Of a DNA stretch of 64,000 nucleotides, positions 27,040 to 38,702 are shown piece by piece (position 1 is the stretch's first letter; every line of letters starts with the position of its first letter). A model generated the notes under the pieces. It was given only the letters and a program-made list of their open reading frames with translations, was not told where the DNA came from and made no database searches. A program made the position numbers and the translations under genes. The DNA lies in the NCBI GenBank assembly GCA_050084985.1, contig JBITNC010000001.1, forward strand, positions 156,798,001 to 156,862,000. The letters are read 5' to 3'. Source of the DNA: Nageia nagi. Its lineage: Eukaryota; Plantae; Pinophyta.

Positions 27040-30000
27040 ATGGCTAGCTCCAAAAGCAATTCAGCCAAAGATTATGCTCGAGATCTGGAGTACATCAAGC
27101 AAGAATGCCTCATAACCATATGCAAGTGACAAGACTCCTTGCCTCGGGGGCCTAAGTTCTCCAAGAACAGGTTGGCCACTATCGGAGACACAGACTAGCA
27201 AAAGGTGGATCCGATGCTGATGAGAGAGAAGATCAGGAACAAACCCATCAATGAGCTGAAACAAGATATCGTCTTCTTCTTAGGTCTCTCGACTTGTGCC
27301 TTCATCCCATTCACAGCCCCGTTCCCAAAGTTGTGCTTGGAGATCGGCCAGCATTGGAAGAAGGGCGAAAGAGTGCTCCGCAACATCAAGGGCAACGTCA
27401 TCATGGACTTCAGCCCCGAAGGCATCAACAAGGCATTCCAGTGGACGACAGAAGACAACTTTGAATACACAAAAGAGGAGTTGTTGGCATGCTATCGAGA
27501 CACCAACAGGGTAGCCGCAACGATCAAAAGTTGGATGTTCGATGAGCACCATGGCCTGAAGGGTAACGCACTTATCAATGCCCCTCGCTCACTTCTACGA
27601 CTCTGTCGACTTAATGATCCTCATATTGTTGTGAGTTCTCAGGAAGGAGGATGCATCCAAATTCCAGAAGTTCTTCAGCTTCATCGTAGAGATAACACGA
27701 GGGAAGAAGATCAAGTGCAGTAAGGTGTTAAGCGACAGTATCATGGACCAATTGTCATCGGTGGGAACCACACGCAAGTTTTACCTCAATTCCTACCTAG
27801 TGTACCTGCTGCTCCATGGCAAGCCAAGGCCTACAACCTTAGGGGAGGCAGACCTGATCAAGAAAGGAACATATGTTGTGTGGAAATGCTACCCTAAGTG
27901 GAAGGTCAAGAGGAGATGGGAGAATTTCACGATGAAGAGTGATGGATGGGAGTACGAAATCTACAAGAAGCTTAAGGGAGAGATCACCATTGCTAGGATC
28001 TCAACGCAACCTAGGATGCGTTGAGGAGACATGGAGACTTCTTCATCCATCACCAACATTACTCTTATATCCGTCTCTATGGGTCAGCCATGGAGCCTTA
28101 TCAATTGCCTCAATATGTGAGCAATCGGATGCTCCTGATGGAGATGATGAGACAGTTGGTCTACCTGCATGAGTACGTCTGGCAAAAGAAGTCAACCACT
28201 TCCAATTTGCCAATTGCAATGGGGGAATATCAACACAGAGCTTGGGCAAACGTGACTTCCATGATAGAAGAGTTGGGGAAGTACAACTTCATGAAGATGT
28301 CGGTCGCCAACCATTGACCCTAAGCATCAGATCCATGATTTTTACATGAAGGAAAGAAAAAGGCCTTATGAGCATAGATCACGTAGGGATGAGGAGCCAT
28401 TCCGAAACATCAATGCCGAAGTGGAAGTGAAGAGGATCCATGCCAAGATGCAAGAAGAGGCTGAGAAACAGCAACGGGAAGCATCAATTGATAAGAGATT
28501 GTCCCAATCTTGGGTGAAGAAGATGCAAGAATCCACCTCTAAGGTCACCCAATTCCCACCGACCAATGAGGAACCCGTTCGACAATATGCATCTATGCAT
28601 GGGAAGAATCTCATAGAGCATGTAGCGAAGCAATTCAAGGAGATAATGGACGAACATGATATGAGAGAACTAGGGTGTGTGGCCACCAACAAGGTAGTGA
28701 GATGCATGAGGAATCAAAGACCGGACCCATCACCACCCCAAAGACCACCAAGAACTATAGTGCCACATCCGCCTTAGACCATTCCACGATCAGGATCGGA
28801 GTCCTCAACTCACTTGTACGAAGATTACTGCACCCCTCATGGAGGACAAACAGGTGGACAAGGAGATGACAATCGACAAAGTTTGCTCAAAGAGGGGCAA
28901 TATGAGAGTATTCTGGAGAATGAGTTAGAGGAAGGGCCTGGGGATGAACATGTAGCCAGTACGGTCCCTGAAAGAGACATTCAAGATGCACCAAAGGAGG
29001 AAGACCCATCGTTGGAAATCTTGTAGGAAGTTCACAACCGTACCACTTCAGAACCCTCAATATCTCAGAAGAAAGATGAAGATCCTACTCCCAAGATAAT
29101 GCCAAGAAGAGCCCAATTAAAGAGAGGGTCTCAATCCAGATTGTCAGTGACACCCGAAGAGATTGCAGGACAAAGTGAAAGGCCTTTGAATAAAATCCGA
29201 GGTAATGCCATCACCACTACAGAAACAGTCGTTGAGACCCACCAGCCTTCACCTAGCCATGAGTGGGGTGTAGACATGGATGAATGCCTTAATGTCTTCA
29301 ACATGGACGTAGGGGAGGAGTTTAGATCTAGAGGGGTAGGTGATCAGATTGGGGGGAGTTCCACTCGCTTGGGGAGGTGTCAAACCTACGTGCACATGAT
29401 AGATAATGCAGTCTGCATTAAGACTATAGTAACTGACAAGGATAACCCTCAGGGCCCTAGAGATTTGAGACAGATAAATCAGATCAACACTGGCCATATT
29501 GGTGTGACCGGCAGGAAGCACGCAATCATTTCAAACATGGAGGCAATCGCTAAGGATGAGTTGCTGAAAGAAAAGGAAATAAAGAGCTTGAAAGAGGAGT
29601 TGGCCACCCAGAAGAGACTGACCCGTGAGCTTGAGTCCACCAAAGTACCTACAAAGGAGCTAAGGAAGGTGAAACCCCTCAAGGAAGGCATGATGACAGT
29701 AAAACAAGAGGTGATGGATGAGGTCCTCGCAACATTGAGACATTTCATTGGAGCACTCCACAAGATCTCTTTCGCAGAAGACTAGTTGAAGTACATTGTC
29801 ACTGAGAGGGTTTGGTTGCATAGGATCTTGGATTCTCAGAAACCTGTGGTGTTGAGGTATAAAGCATTGCAGAATCAGAGGCCCGAGGCTGCTAAGTATT
29901 GCGAGGATTACTGGTTCTACTTAGGGGTGAACGGCCAAGTCATAACTCAGTTCCAAGAGGTGAGAAAGGAAGTGACAGAGATCAATGACAAGGCTCATTT

Positions 30001-30229
30001 GTGCATTGAGCAGATGGACTTTCATGTGTGGTTCCTAGAAGAAAACACCACCATCCGGAAGGAAGATGAGGTGGTGACAGAGGTTGGACATCTCCTTCAT
30101 AGCCTGATGATGACAGAGGACGTGAACTCCTACCAATCCGGGAGTCACCTAAGGCATATGCTACGGGCTCATGCATGGAAGGCTAAGATGCAGAAGCTAG
30201 CAAACAAGGCCAACGGGTTCGAGGACTAA
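27040..30229 (+). pseudogene. Accessory ORF of unknown function (~1,060 codons, now frameshifted) inside element E
   Basis: ATG at 27040 (MASSKSNSAK). Consecutive same-strand ORFs 27205-27723, 27725-28024, 28021-28317, 28346-28777, 28814-29026, 29099-29785 and 29786-30229. Homologous N- and C-terminal pieces occur in F. Confidence 0.7.
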
Positions 30230-30464
30230 GTTGCGGGCTTGGGCCCACCATTAGATTAGCTGTCATTTATTTTTAGTGATTTCATTTTTTGCATTTTCCA
30301 GCTGGACATTTTGATATTATTTTATTCCCAAACTCGTGAAAGATGAGGATTTGCTCCCACGAGTTTGGAGGAGATATTGTAATGCCATGTGGTAATTTTT
30401 TCATTGGACTGCCTATTATTTCATGAATTAGGGTTAGGGCAACACTGTTGATTGCCCCTAACCT

Positions 30465-30472
30465 TATTTATA
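30465..30472 (+). promoter_or_regulatory. Second TATA-like box of E (candidate genomic-RNA promoter)
   Basis: TATTTATACCCCATTTT..TCATTTGTA, preceded by TTAGGGTTAGGGCAAC; conserved in F at 62883. Confidence 0.45.
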
Positions 30473-32189
30473 CCCCATTTTGATTCATTTGTAGGGAGGT
30501 TGAGATTTTGACAACTTAATACAACTTTGCTTTGCCAAATTGCTCTTAAGTGTTAAAAGTGGTGTATGTGGATGCTATTGTGATTATGTACTTGTTCATG
30601 TTGGAATAGTGGATGTGAATGAATGTTAGATAGTGTTATCTATGTGTACTCCGTCATTGCTTGGTGTTAGTTCAACTGACTTGGTGCATCTCGTAAACTT
30701 CATTGAGGTGGATGAGAGCTTGCTTGTTTATCTTAAGAAGTAGTTGATCGATATCTCATGGATGATGTTTCCCTATTTGCAGTATTGGCTCGGTAGTCTT
30801 GGGATGTCTCACTAATGTCATTCACCATCGGAACTTCACCCAAGTCCCTCAAATTCACCTTGGTCCCATCTCGTCTCATTGCCTTGGCTTCACGCTCCTT
30901 CCACTCATCTATTCATGTTTTTGGCTGGTGGACCGGATAATGGGTGCTTGGAACCTACATTGAACCCAAGTGAGTCGACTTCCAAGAGTCCTTATCAAGC
31001 CCTTGAGCTTGTATGTCCACTCTTGCATCTTGTCCTCCACAGTCTTTCCGCCATCTTTTCTTTCTTTATTTTCTTTTATTTTACACTTTCTTTTTGCGGT
31101 TTTTGCACCCTAATTTCCCTTTTCAGCATTCAAGAAACAACCTTGTTGAAGCCCAAACGTAGAATAATCCGAGCCCCTTGAATCCTCACATGTTATTGAT
31201 GTTGGTGGCAGCTCTAAACATCTCAACTATCTCATGGGTTATTTTCACATAACCGGCGAAGCCAAACCTTTGGGGTAACCAATCCCCATAGCGGGAGGGA
31301 GTAACATCCCTCCACCTAAGGTGTTGGTGTTTTTCTCACTGCTTCAGGGTAGGAAAGAAAAACACCCCAACACGAGGGAGTCTTGGTGTCCAACTGGGCC
31401 AATGTGGGGGTGTGGGGGCCTCCCCAAGACTGGCGTGAGTAAATAATGATTTGTCCATCATATACATGTAGCTATAGACCTTGGGATTCCTACAATCATT
31501 ATTGGGATCTCCAAGTACATAATAAATGCTTAATCTATACTTAGGAGGGAGACATCCCACTTGGGGCTCACAGTGGGGTTCATTGACCCATTAAGTCTCC
31601 TATCCTAAGTTACAATTATGGAAGTGCAAATACATAAATAAAGTATATTACAAAGAGGAGTCTTTTGGACCCACTATCTGAACAAGGGGGGCGTCACAGT
31701 TTATAAAGGTGTAGCCTTGAGTTCCTCAACTTTCTTTTCCTATTTGAGTAGATAAAGTGTTAGAGCTTACTTCACAATCCCTACTTGTGTATTCATTTCT
31801 TGCAACATCTAAAGTTCCATCCCGAATCTTGGACACTCTTCTTCAAGTTCCTGCTTAGATTTTGGATACAGTGACGCACAAACAACATCTTCCTTGTTCT
31901 CACTCTCTTTTTTATGTAGCAAAGCTTAATGAATTTCTTTTGTACATTTGAATCAATATTTCTCAAACTCTGAGTAACAAACAATAGTCCCAATTACATA
32001 CATATCCTCAACATAAAAATCAAAACACAAAATTTGTATATTCATGGAGCTGCATACCTTGAAATAGAACTTCCTTTCATCAGAATCTGTATGCACAAAA
32101 TTTAGTCCACTATTCTGTGGCATCAATATCTTCTTTTCTAGAAAATTTTGGTAACTTCATGACTGTCCCCAAAATACTATAGTGCCAAT

Positions 32190-35100
32190 CATAGTAGCAA
32201 AACTCGCCGGGAATCGCCAAAACTCGCGAGTCCCGAGTCCAAGTCTGTCTGGCCGAGTCTTGGCAGCTCGGACTCGCCGGACTCGGCGAGTTTTGGCGAG
32301 TCTTGGCGAGTCCCGAGTCCCGGCGAGACTCGCGAGTTTCTAGCCGCGGACTCGCCAAAACTCGTCTGACACGACCAGCAAGAGAAAAAGTGCCCAGTTT
32401 GAGAAAAAGTGCCCAGTTTCTGCCTTTTATTACTTTTTCTAGTCTTTTTTGGTCATTTTGGCGGTGCAGTTGTTAGAAGAAGGGCGAAAGAGAGGGAGAG
32501 AAGCATTTTGCAACTAGACCAACCAAATTTTATCCGTGCTAAATTTTGAGGTAAGTAATTTTATTTCTCTACCTTCTATATTCTTTTTTTCGCCGAATAT
32601 TATTAGTAGTTTAACTTTGGAAATTACACTTAGGGAATTAATTTGCGCGAGGTAAAAATAGGGGGTTTAGGGGTAAGATACAAACGAATTGGAATAGTGT
32701 AATTTTTAGCCCAGATCTCTTCCCGAACGCCCGTTTGTACCCTTTCGAAAAAATTTGAAGCCCCGTCTCGTGACGGGGGTGGCACGCCAGGGGCGCTGCC
32801 CCTTGGAACCCCGTAAAGGGACTAAATTTAATACTTGGACGGGTGCCAAAAATTTTAAGTACCATTTTTTATTTGTGATTTAAGCCATTTTTTTTAGCTT
32901 GTGGCATGTGCTTATATTTTTATTTTTTCTATTTAAATTTAATTTTTGTATCTTATTATTTTTTATTTTTCTTGTGCAGCTGCAGGATCATGGCTAGTGA
33001 GGCTAGTCTACCTCATGAGCAGCCAACAATACCCACAACATTACCTCCAGGGAAGAAAGATGCTGCATGGAAATATGTGAATCCTGGAAAATCAAAACAC
33101 AAAGGAGGTGTGATATGCCTCTTTTGTAATTTTGATATGAGTGGAGGCATAAACCGCCTCAAGTATCACTTAGCCAGGATAGTAGGGAAAGAAGTTAAGC
33201 CATGCCCTACAGTTCCCCTAGAGGTTCAGCAAGAGTGCAATGCATCTCTCATTGGTTATAAAGAGAAGAAGGAATTGAAAAGGAAACATGATGTGGCCAT
33301 GGCAAACCCCCTTGGAGAGACAGGTAGCACATATACGCCATCACCATTTCCTAGCAGAGGAGTTGCTAGTGGTAGTGGTGGCAATAGCTCTAGCATTGCC
33401 TCAATTGCAAAACCCGGATCTTTTTTTGCTTCACGTTCCAGTCCAGGGTCACAACCCACATTGCATGGTATGACTGCATGGAACGAGGAGAGACACAAGC
33501 AAGCCAGGAAGGCGATAGCTGCATTTTGGTTTTTTTCAGACATCCCATTCAATGTGGCTAGGTCTCCATATTGGCGGGGCATGGTAGAGGCTATTGCAGC
33601 ATGCGGTCAAGGATTTAAGGCACCCACATATTATGATTTGAGGGGTCCTCTCCTTGACGAGGCTGTGCAGGACATTCAAACGTTGCTTCATAAGCAACGT
33701 GAGAGTTGGCACACATCAGGGTGCACGATTATGTCAGATGGTTGGGAAGATGGTAGGGGTAGAACATTGATCAATTTCTTGGTTGCCTCATGTGAAGGCA
33801 TTGTATTCTTGAGATCAGTAGATGCATCTGGCATTGTGAAGAATGGAGTACGTCTTGCAGCCTTGTTGGGTAGCATAGTGGATGAGGTTGGAGCTGAAAA
33901 TGTTGTCCAGATCATCACGGATAATGCTTCAGCTTATAAGAGAGCAGGAAGGATTTTGGAGGGCAAATACCAAACACTTGTATGGACCCCATGTGCAGCC
34001 CATTGTCTTGATTTGCTACTGGAGGACATTGGCAAATTACCTTGGCTGGCCACGATTGTTGAGAAGGCAAAGCATGTGGTCAAATATGTTTACAATCATT
34101 CATGGGTGTTGCATCTTATGAGGCAATACACTAGTGGCAGGGAGATAGCACGGCCTGGGATTACACGATTTGCCACAACTTTTATTACTTTGCAGAGTCT
34201 CTTCCAGGCACAGGTTGATAACTTCATCGTAACATAATCATACACATGATAATTGTTATTTATTTTTAATTTTTGATTTGTGATTAGATTAACTAACTTC
34301 AATCATAAATTTGATATCTAGGGGGCAATGAAGAAGATGTTTGTTGGTGATGAGTGGCTCACGGAAGCTGGAGCTAGGTTCAAAGGCACCACCGAATGGA
34401 AGAGTGTCTATGACATCTTATTTGAGGAGCCCTTCTGGATGGCCATGGAGGAGGCCATCAAGGTACAATTTACAAGATTAAACTTTTAATTTTATTTTTT
34501 GTTTAACTTTAAAGTTTTAAACTTTATATTGAATTTAAATATTTTTTTTTCCAGATAGTAGAGCCTTTGGTGACAGTTCTTCGTCTTGTTGATGGAGACA
34601 AACCACCTATGGGTTATGTGTTTGAGGCCATGGAAAGGGCCAAACAAGCTATTGCTAAACATTATAACATCGATAAGGCCAAATACCAACCCCTTTGGGA
34701 TCTCATTGATCGTCGTTGGACATTCCAACTTCATAGCTCTCTTCATGCAGCAGCTTACTATTTTAATCCCAAATTTTGGTTTGGAAAAAAATGTAAGGAT
34801 TATGAGGTGATGTCAGGATTAAGGATTGCTATTGACCGTTTGGTGGCTGATCCAAACATTCGCTCAGCAATACAAACTGAGATGCAAGCATATAAAAGTG
34901 CCACCGGCATCCTTTTCAGTTCCCCTGAATGTGCCAAAGCAGTTGATACTTTGCTACCACGTAAGTTATTTAAATATTAAACATTAAACTTTAATCTTTT
35001 AATCTTAGTTTCAATTTTTACATGTGAACTTGTGGTGTATTAAATCTATTTTTATTGGATTTTTTCAGACTTATGGTGGGAGGATTTTGGGTCATTTACA

Positions 35101-36145
35101 CCCAACCTACAAAATTTTGCAATCCGTGTATTATCCCAACCATGCAGTGCTTCTGGTTGTGAGCGTAATTGGAGTATCTTTGAGCACATTCACTCCAAAA
35201 GGAGAAACAGGTTAACACAAGAAAAATTAAATGATCTTGTGTTTGTTCACTACAATCTACTCCTCCACCATAAAAAAGTTGCAGGTATAGAATCTAGATT
35301 ATGAGGCCATTATCTACAATTTCATAAAATATACAACTCTTTTAAGTTGGAAAACAAATTTAAGAAATTGATATTGAACTTTATGCAAACATTGCAGGTA
35401 TAGATTATGAGGCCATTGAGCTTGATGCCATTGATCCATCCAGTGAATGGATCGTAGACGATCAGCCTTTACAGGATCAGGATCAGCCTTTACAGGATCA
35501 GGGTCAGCCTTCAGGGGATGTGGATGAGTCTTCAGATGATGAGGATCAACCTTTACAACATCCTAATATTCCTAACATTGTCTTTGATGATCTTGAAATT
35601 CTAGCTGAGGAGTTGGCAGCAAAGGGGCAAGAAGAGCAAAGGGTACAAGAAGGGGAAGTGCCATCTAGTTCCGTAGCTCAGGCACAAAAGGAACTTGTAT
35701 CTTATGCTAGGGCAAAGGGGAAAAGGATGACAAAAAATTGAAGTTTTCAGCCATCATAGAATTAGATATTAGATTGTGTGCTTTTGTATTTTGTAGCCAT
35801 CTTAGCCTCATAGGCACATTTTGTATTGTGAACTTTGAAGTTTTAACATTTTGATGAATATAAACATATGCCCCTTCCTATTCGTTTTTTCTTATTCGTA
35901 ATTGTGTATATTGTAAATTGTATAATGTTGATGTTGAGTAAGTAGGCTTCTAGAAGACACTAATAACAATAATAAGTAATATGCAATTGAAAAAACTTAT
36001 GTTTTCAGTGAAAAAATACATATTTTTTTTATTTTTTCTTTTGCCGAGTTTTTGCCGAGTCTGGCCGATTTTTTTGCCGAGTCCCGAGTCTCGAGTCCGA
36101 GTGGGCCTCGGCGAGTCCGAGCCGAGTCCGAGATTTACTACTATG
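32190..36145 (+). mobile_element. Autonomous hAT DNA transposon, 3,956 bp
   Basis: Perfect 8-bp TSD GTGCCAAT (32182-32189 / 36146-36153). TIRs CATAGTAGCAAAACTCG / CATAGTAGTAAATCTCG. Dense subterminal ACTCG/CGAGT repeats at both ends. Confidence 0.96.
32990..35741 (+). CDS. hAT transposase, 5 exons (32990-34213, 34322-34462, 34555-34960, 35069-35284, 35398-35741), 776 aa
   Basis: All introns are GT-AG and phases match (2,331 nt including the stop). Contains a BED finger (CLFC..HL..C), TIMSDGW, QIITDNA, WTPCAAHCLDL and the dimerisation motif SASGCERNWS. A probable 5'UTR intron starts at GTAAGT 32551. Confidence 0.92.
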
Positions 36146-38634
36146 GTGCCAATAAAACATGACGTCCTAAATTACCAACAGAGATAATTTAATTGCCATC
36201 AAACTTCGCTAAATTTCCCAACACAAATGGATTACAGTTGGATTTTGATCATGGTTGGATTACTATTGCATCTATAATTTTCATTCCACTTATGCTGTGA
36301 AGCTTTCATCAAGGTATTAGCATCCACTACAAGTTTATACACATGGAGTATATACATTGTCAACTAATCATTCAACGCAAATATGGAAGGACAAACTTTG
36401 AGCAGCTACTAAGATCCAATAAACTATAATTGTAGACAAAATAAAGTAAACTAATTTAATAATTTACTTATTTATCCACAATCTCAAATCTTGCATCAGT
36501 TGGGATGATATGCTTCACAATTTTGCAAACTAGGTCAGATTCGGGACAAACAAACTTCCGATCCAATACTTCAAGCTCCACGATGAACTGATTTCCAAAT
36601 TTGGTAGCCTAAATATGCCTCAAAATGAAAATGTATGCGACTCTGCAATATAGTGATTGCACTAGAGAGTAAACAAATCCTTGGGCAGGTGGCATCGAGA
36701 GACACCATTTGTGTAGTGACATGGGAACGCAATCTCAATGTTGGCCTATCCAGATCGAATGTACATCTAATCACCCAAGAATCTGATAGGGAATGCCACA
36801 CTTTGTTCGTCCTTTTATAAATTTGCTTAACGCCTTTATTCTTGATATTTGGATTATTTATTTCTAGATACCATAAATATGATTTTATGATAAATTGAAA
36901 ATCATTTTAAGGTGTCTACAATAATAATTTCCAACAAATTGTAGTGATATGTATTGGACTGAATTATAGAAATGCCTTGTTACTCCTGAGCCATGTAATG
37001 GCTACCAAGCTCAAATGTGTAAACTCCTGAGTCTGGAAGTCTTTACAAGTCTCCATGACTTCCTATGAGTCAAACAATTCAACTCTGACCTCAGTGGTTC
37101 TCTCTTGGTTTAGACATGCACATATCCCATAAGTTTCCATCTAGACATTAAATATTAGTATTTATGATATTCATATGGTTAATTTTGTATGACATTGATG
37201 TTAATTTAATGAGGAATGTAAATAGAAATCATTGTTCTAAAATCAGTTAATTTATGATTTTTTATATGCGAGTCTTGTTGACTTCGTTTATTTCAATTGT
37301 CAGGTCAAAATAAGCCTTCCAATCCCAAGTCTCCACCCTGTGTAAATGATAATAAACCAAGTATCAACAATTATGTATATCAGTAGATATAAATTTGAAT
37401 GACATGTATAAGCCCCCATCCCAGAAAAGGATAAGTGCCTGCATTCATGCCATGGTTTTCTTTTTTCTTTGTTTGAAGATGAGTACTCCAAATTGGTACT
37501 CATCCGCAAAATGCTACCAATGTACTGGATGAAATCAAAGGGTACTTTTAAGGCACTGTTTTACATCCATGAAAAGTCCCTGATAATGTGGTATTTTAAT
37601 CTACTAATGCTCCCAAACAAATATTCTGCAATTTTATCCTGTTGACCAAGCTCTTGGAAATAATTTGACCTAAACATCTTAGATTTTTTCTTGCACCATT
37701 TTCATTTTGGCAGTTCTTTTGTGGCTAGCGTCTTGCCTGTCGCTTTAAAAACAGCAGAAAAACACTTCAAGAACTGGATTATGCACTTTTAACAACCTCC
37801 AATGAGGCTACTTGAAAATTCAATACAATGTTGCACTACGTCATGTTGCTATCGAAGCGGCCAGATATAGAAAAACTTTCCTATTTTCCTCGTATGATTG
37901 ACAAGTTGAGGAACAAAAGTTCAACACTCTAAATCTGTCCCAAAATCAATATTACAAGAAGATTAGGCATTGACATAGGATGAAACAGATTCTCCAAACG
38001 AGAAAACCTCTTCATTCCTCCTGCCGATCCTTTATTTGTTCTAACTCATTTGTTTTTCAAAGAGTGTGCTATGGGTGTCTCAAAATTTCACTGCTGTCAT
38101 CACAAAATCCTACGAAATGGTTATTGGCCAATTTCAGACTCTTTGTTGTCTTATTGACATTGTGAGGAGAATTTGAAGTCAGGCAGGGCTGTGCTCTCTC
38201 ATCGACTCTCTCTGGCATTTAAATTGATTATTTGGTTTGATAGGATGGTCATATTGATGATGCACCACTCCAAATGCACCTATGCAAGGTGAAACTTAAT
38301 CCATTCTAAAAACCCAATGTATTCCCTGTCAAAAGATACAAATCTAGGCCTTCATTGGAGAAACAAGAAGAAACCACATTTCTTATGTGTTCGGCAAGAA
38401 GATAAATCTCATCATTATACTGTAATTTCAAGTCAATAAGAGTAATCATACAGCATATCCATGTCTAGATAAACACTGCTTATTTTTTGCCACAAACAAA
38501 ACAAATACAAATAGGAAAACTCGTATTCGGAGATGAACCATCATAGTATATAGCATATCCTATATATATTCAAATAAATGTAAATCTCAAAATGCAAATA
38601 TAAATTATTTACCTTATAAACTACAAACAATTAC

Positions 38635-38702
38635 CTGTTCTCCTGGGTACCTCTAAATGCAATAACAATAGCTCCAAGATCTTCTGCCACACCCACAAAT
38701 GC
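38635..38702 (-). CDS. Class-3 lipase exon: AFVGVAEDLGAIVIAFRGTQEN(S)
   Basis: 68 nt (22 codons + AG), acacAG|GCA...AG|GTaa. Contains the IVIAFRGT lipase motif. Its phase-2 end joins the 1-nt start of the next exon to encode Ser. Confidence 0.93.

Larger units (their letters stand above)
25655..31372 (+). mobile_element. Element E: 5.7-kb TG..CA unit, probable giant solo LTR of the Tat-type family of F, containing an ORF
   Basis: Starts TGTTGTACCC and ends CACCCCAACA; imperfect 5-bp TSD TGACG/CGAGG; inserted in the 5' LTR of D. Its first ~1.4 kb matches 53470-54993 plus 56277-56330, and its last ~1.5 kb matches 62160-63784. No gag or pol motifs. Confidence 0.75.
20421..31698 (-). mobile_element. 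Element D: complete non-autonomous LTR retrotransposon (gag-protease only, TR-GAG-like) with nested element E
   Basis: Perfect TSD GTTTA (20416-20420 / 31699-31703). 3' LTR 20421-21644; PPT 21645-21658; PBS TGGTATCAAAGC 24739-24750; 5' LTR 24752-25654 plus 31373-31698. Gag with CFYCKKTWEPRHRC knuckle and protease LIDPGASHNFI are present; no RT/RH/INT. Confidence 0.93.

Noticed and set aside
30428-30439. TTAGGGTTAGGG telomere-like motif (also ~62845)
   Set aside because: Only two units, embedded in the LTR; not an interstitial telomere.
31793-32170. Possible decayed coiled-coil coding fragment on the minus strand in the duplicated block
   Set aside because: Multiple frameshifts and no identifiable family; cannot be supported without a search.
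32906-32989. N-terminal extension of the 443-aa ORF (MCLYFYFF...)
   Set aside because: This is the polypyrimidine tract and acceptor of a leader intron; the plausible start is ATG 32990.
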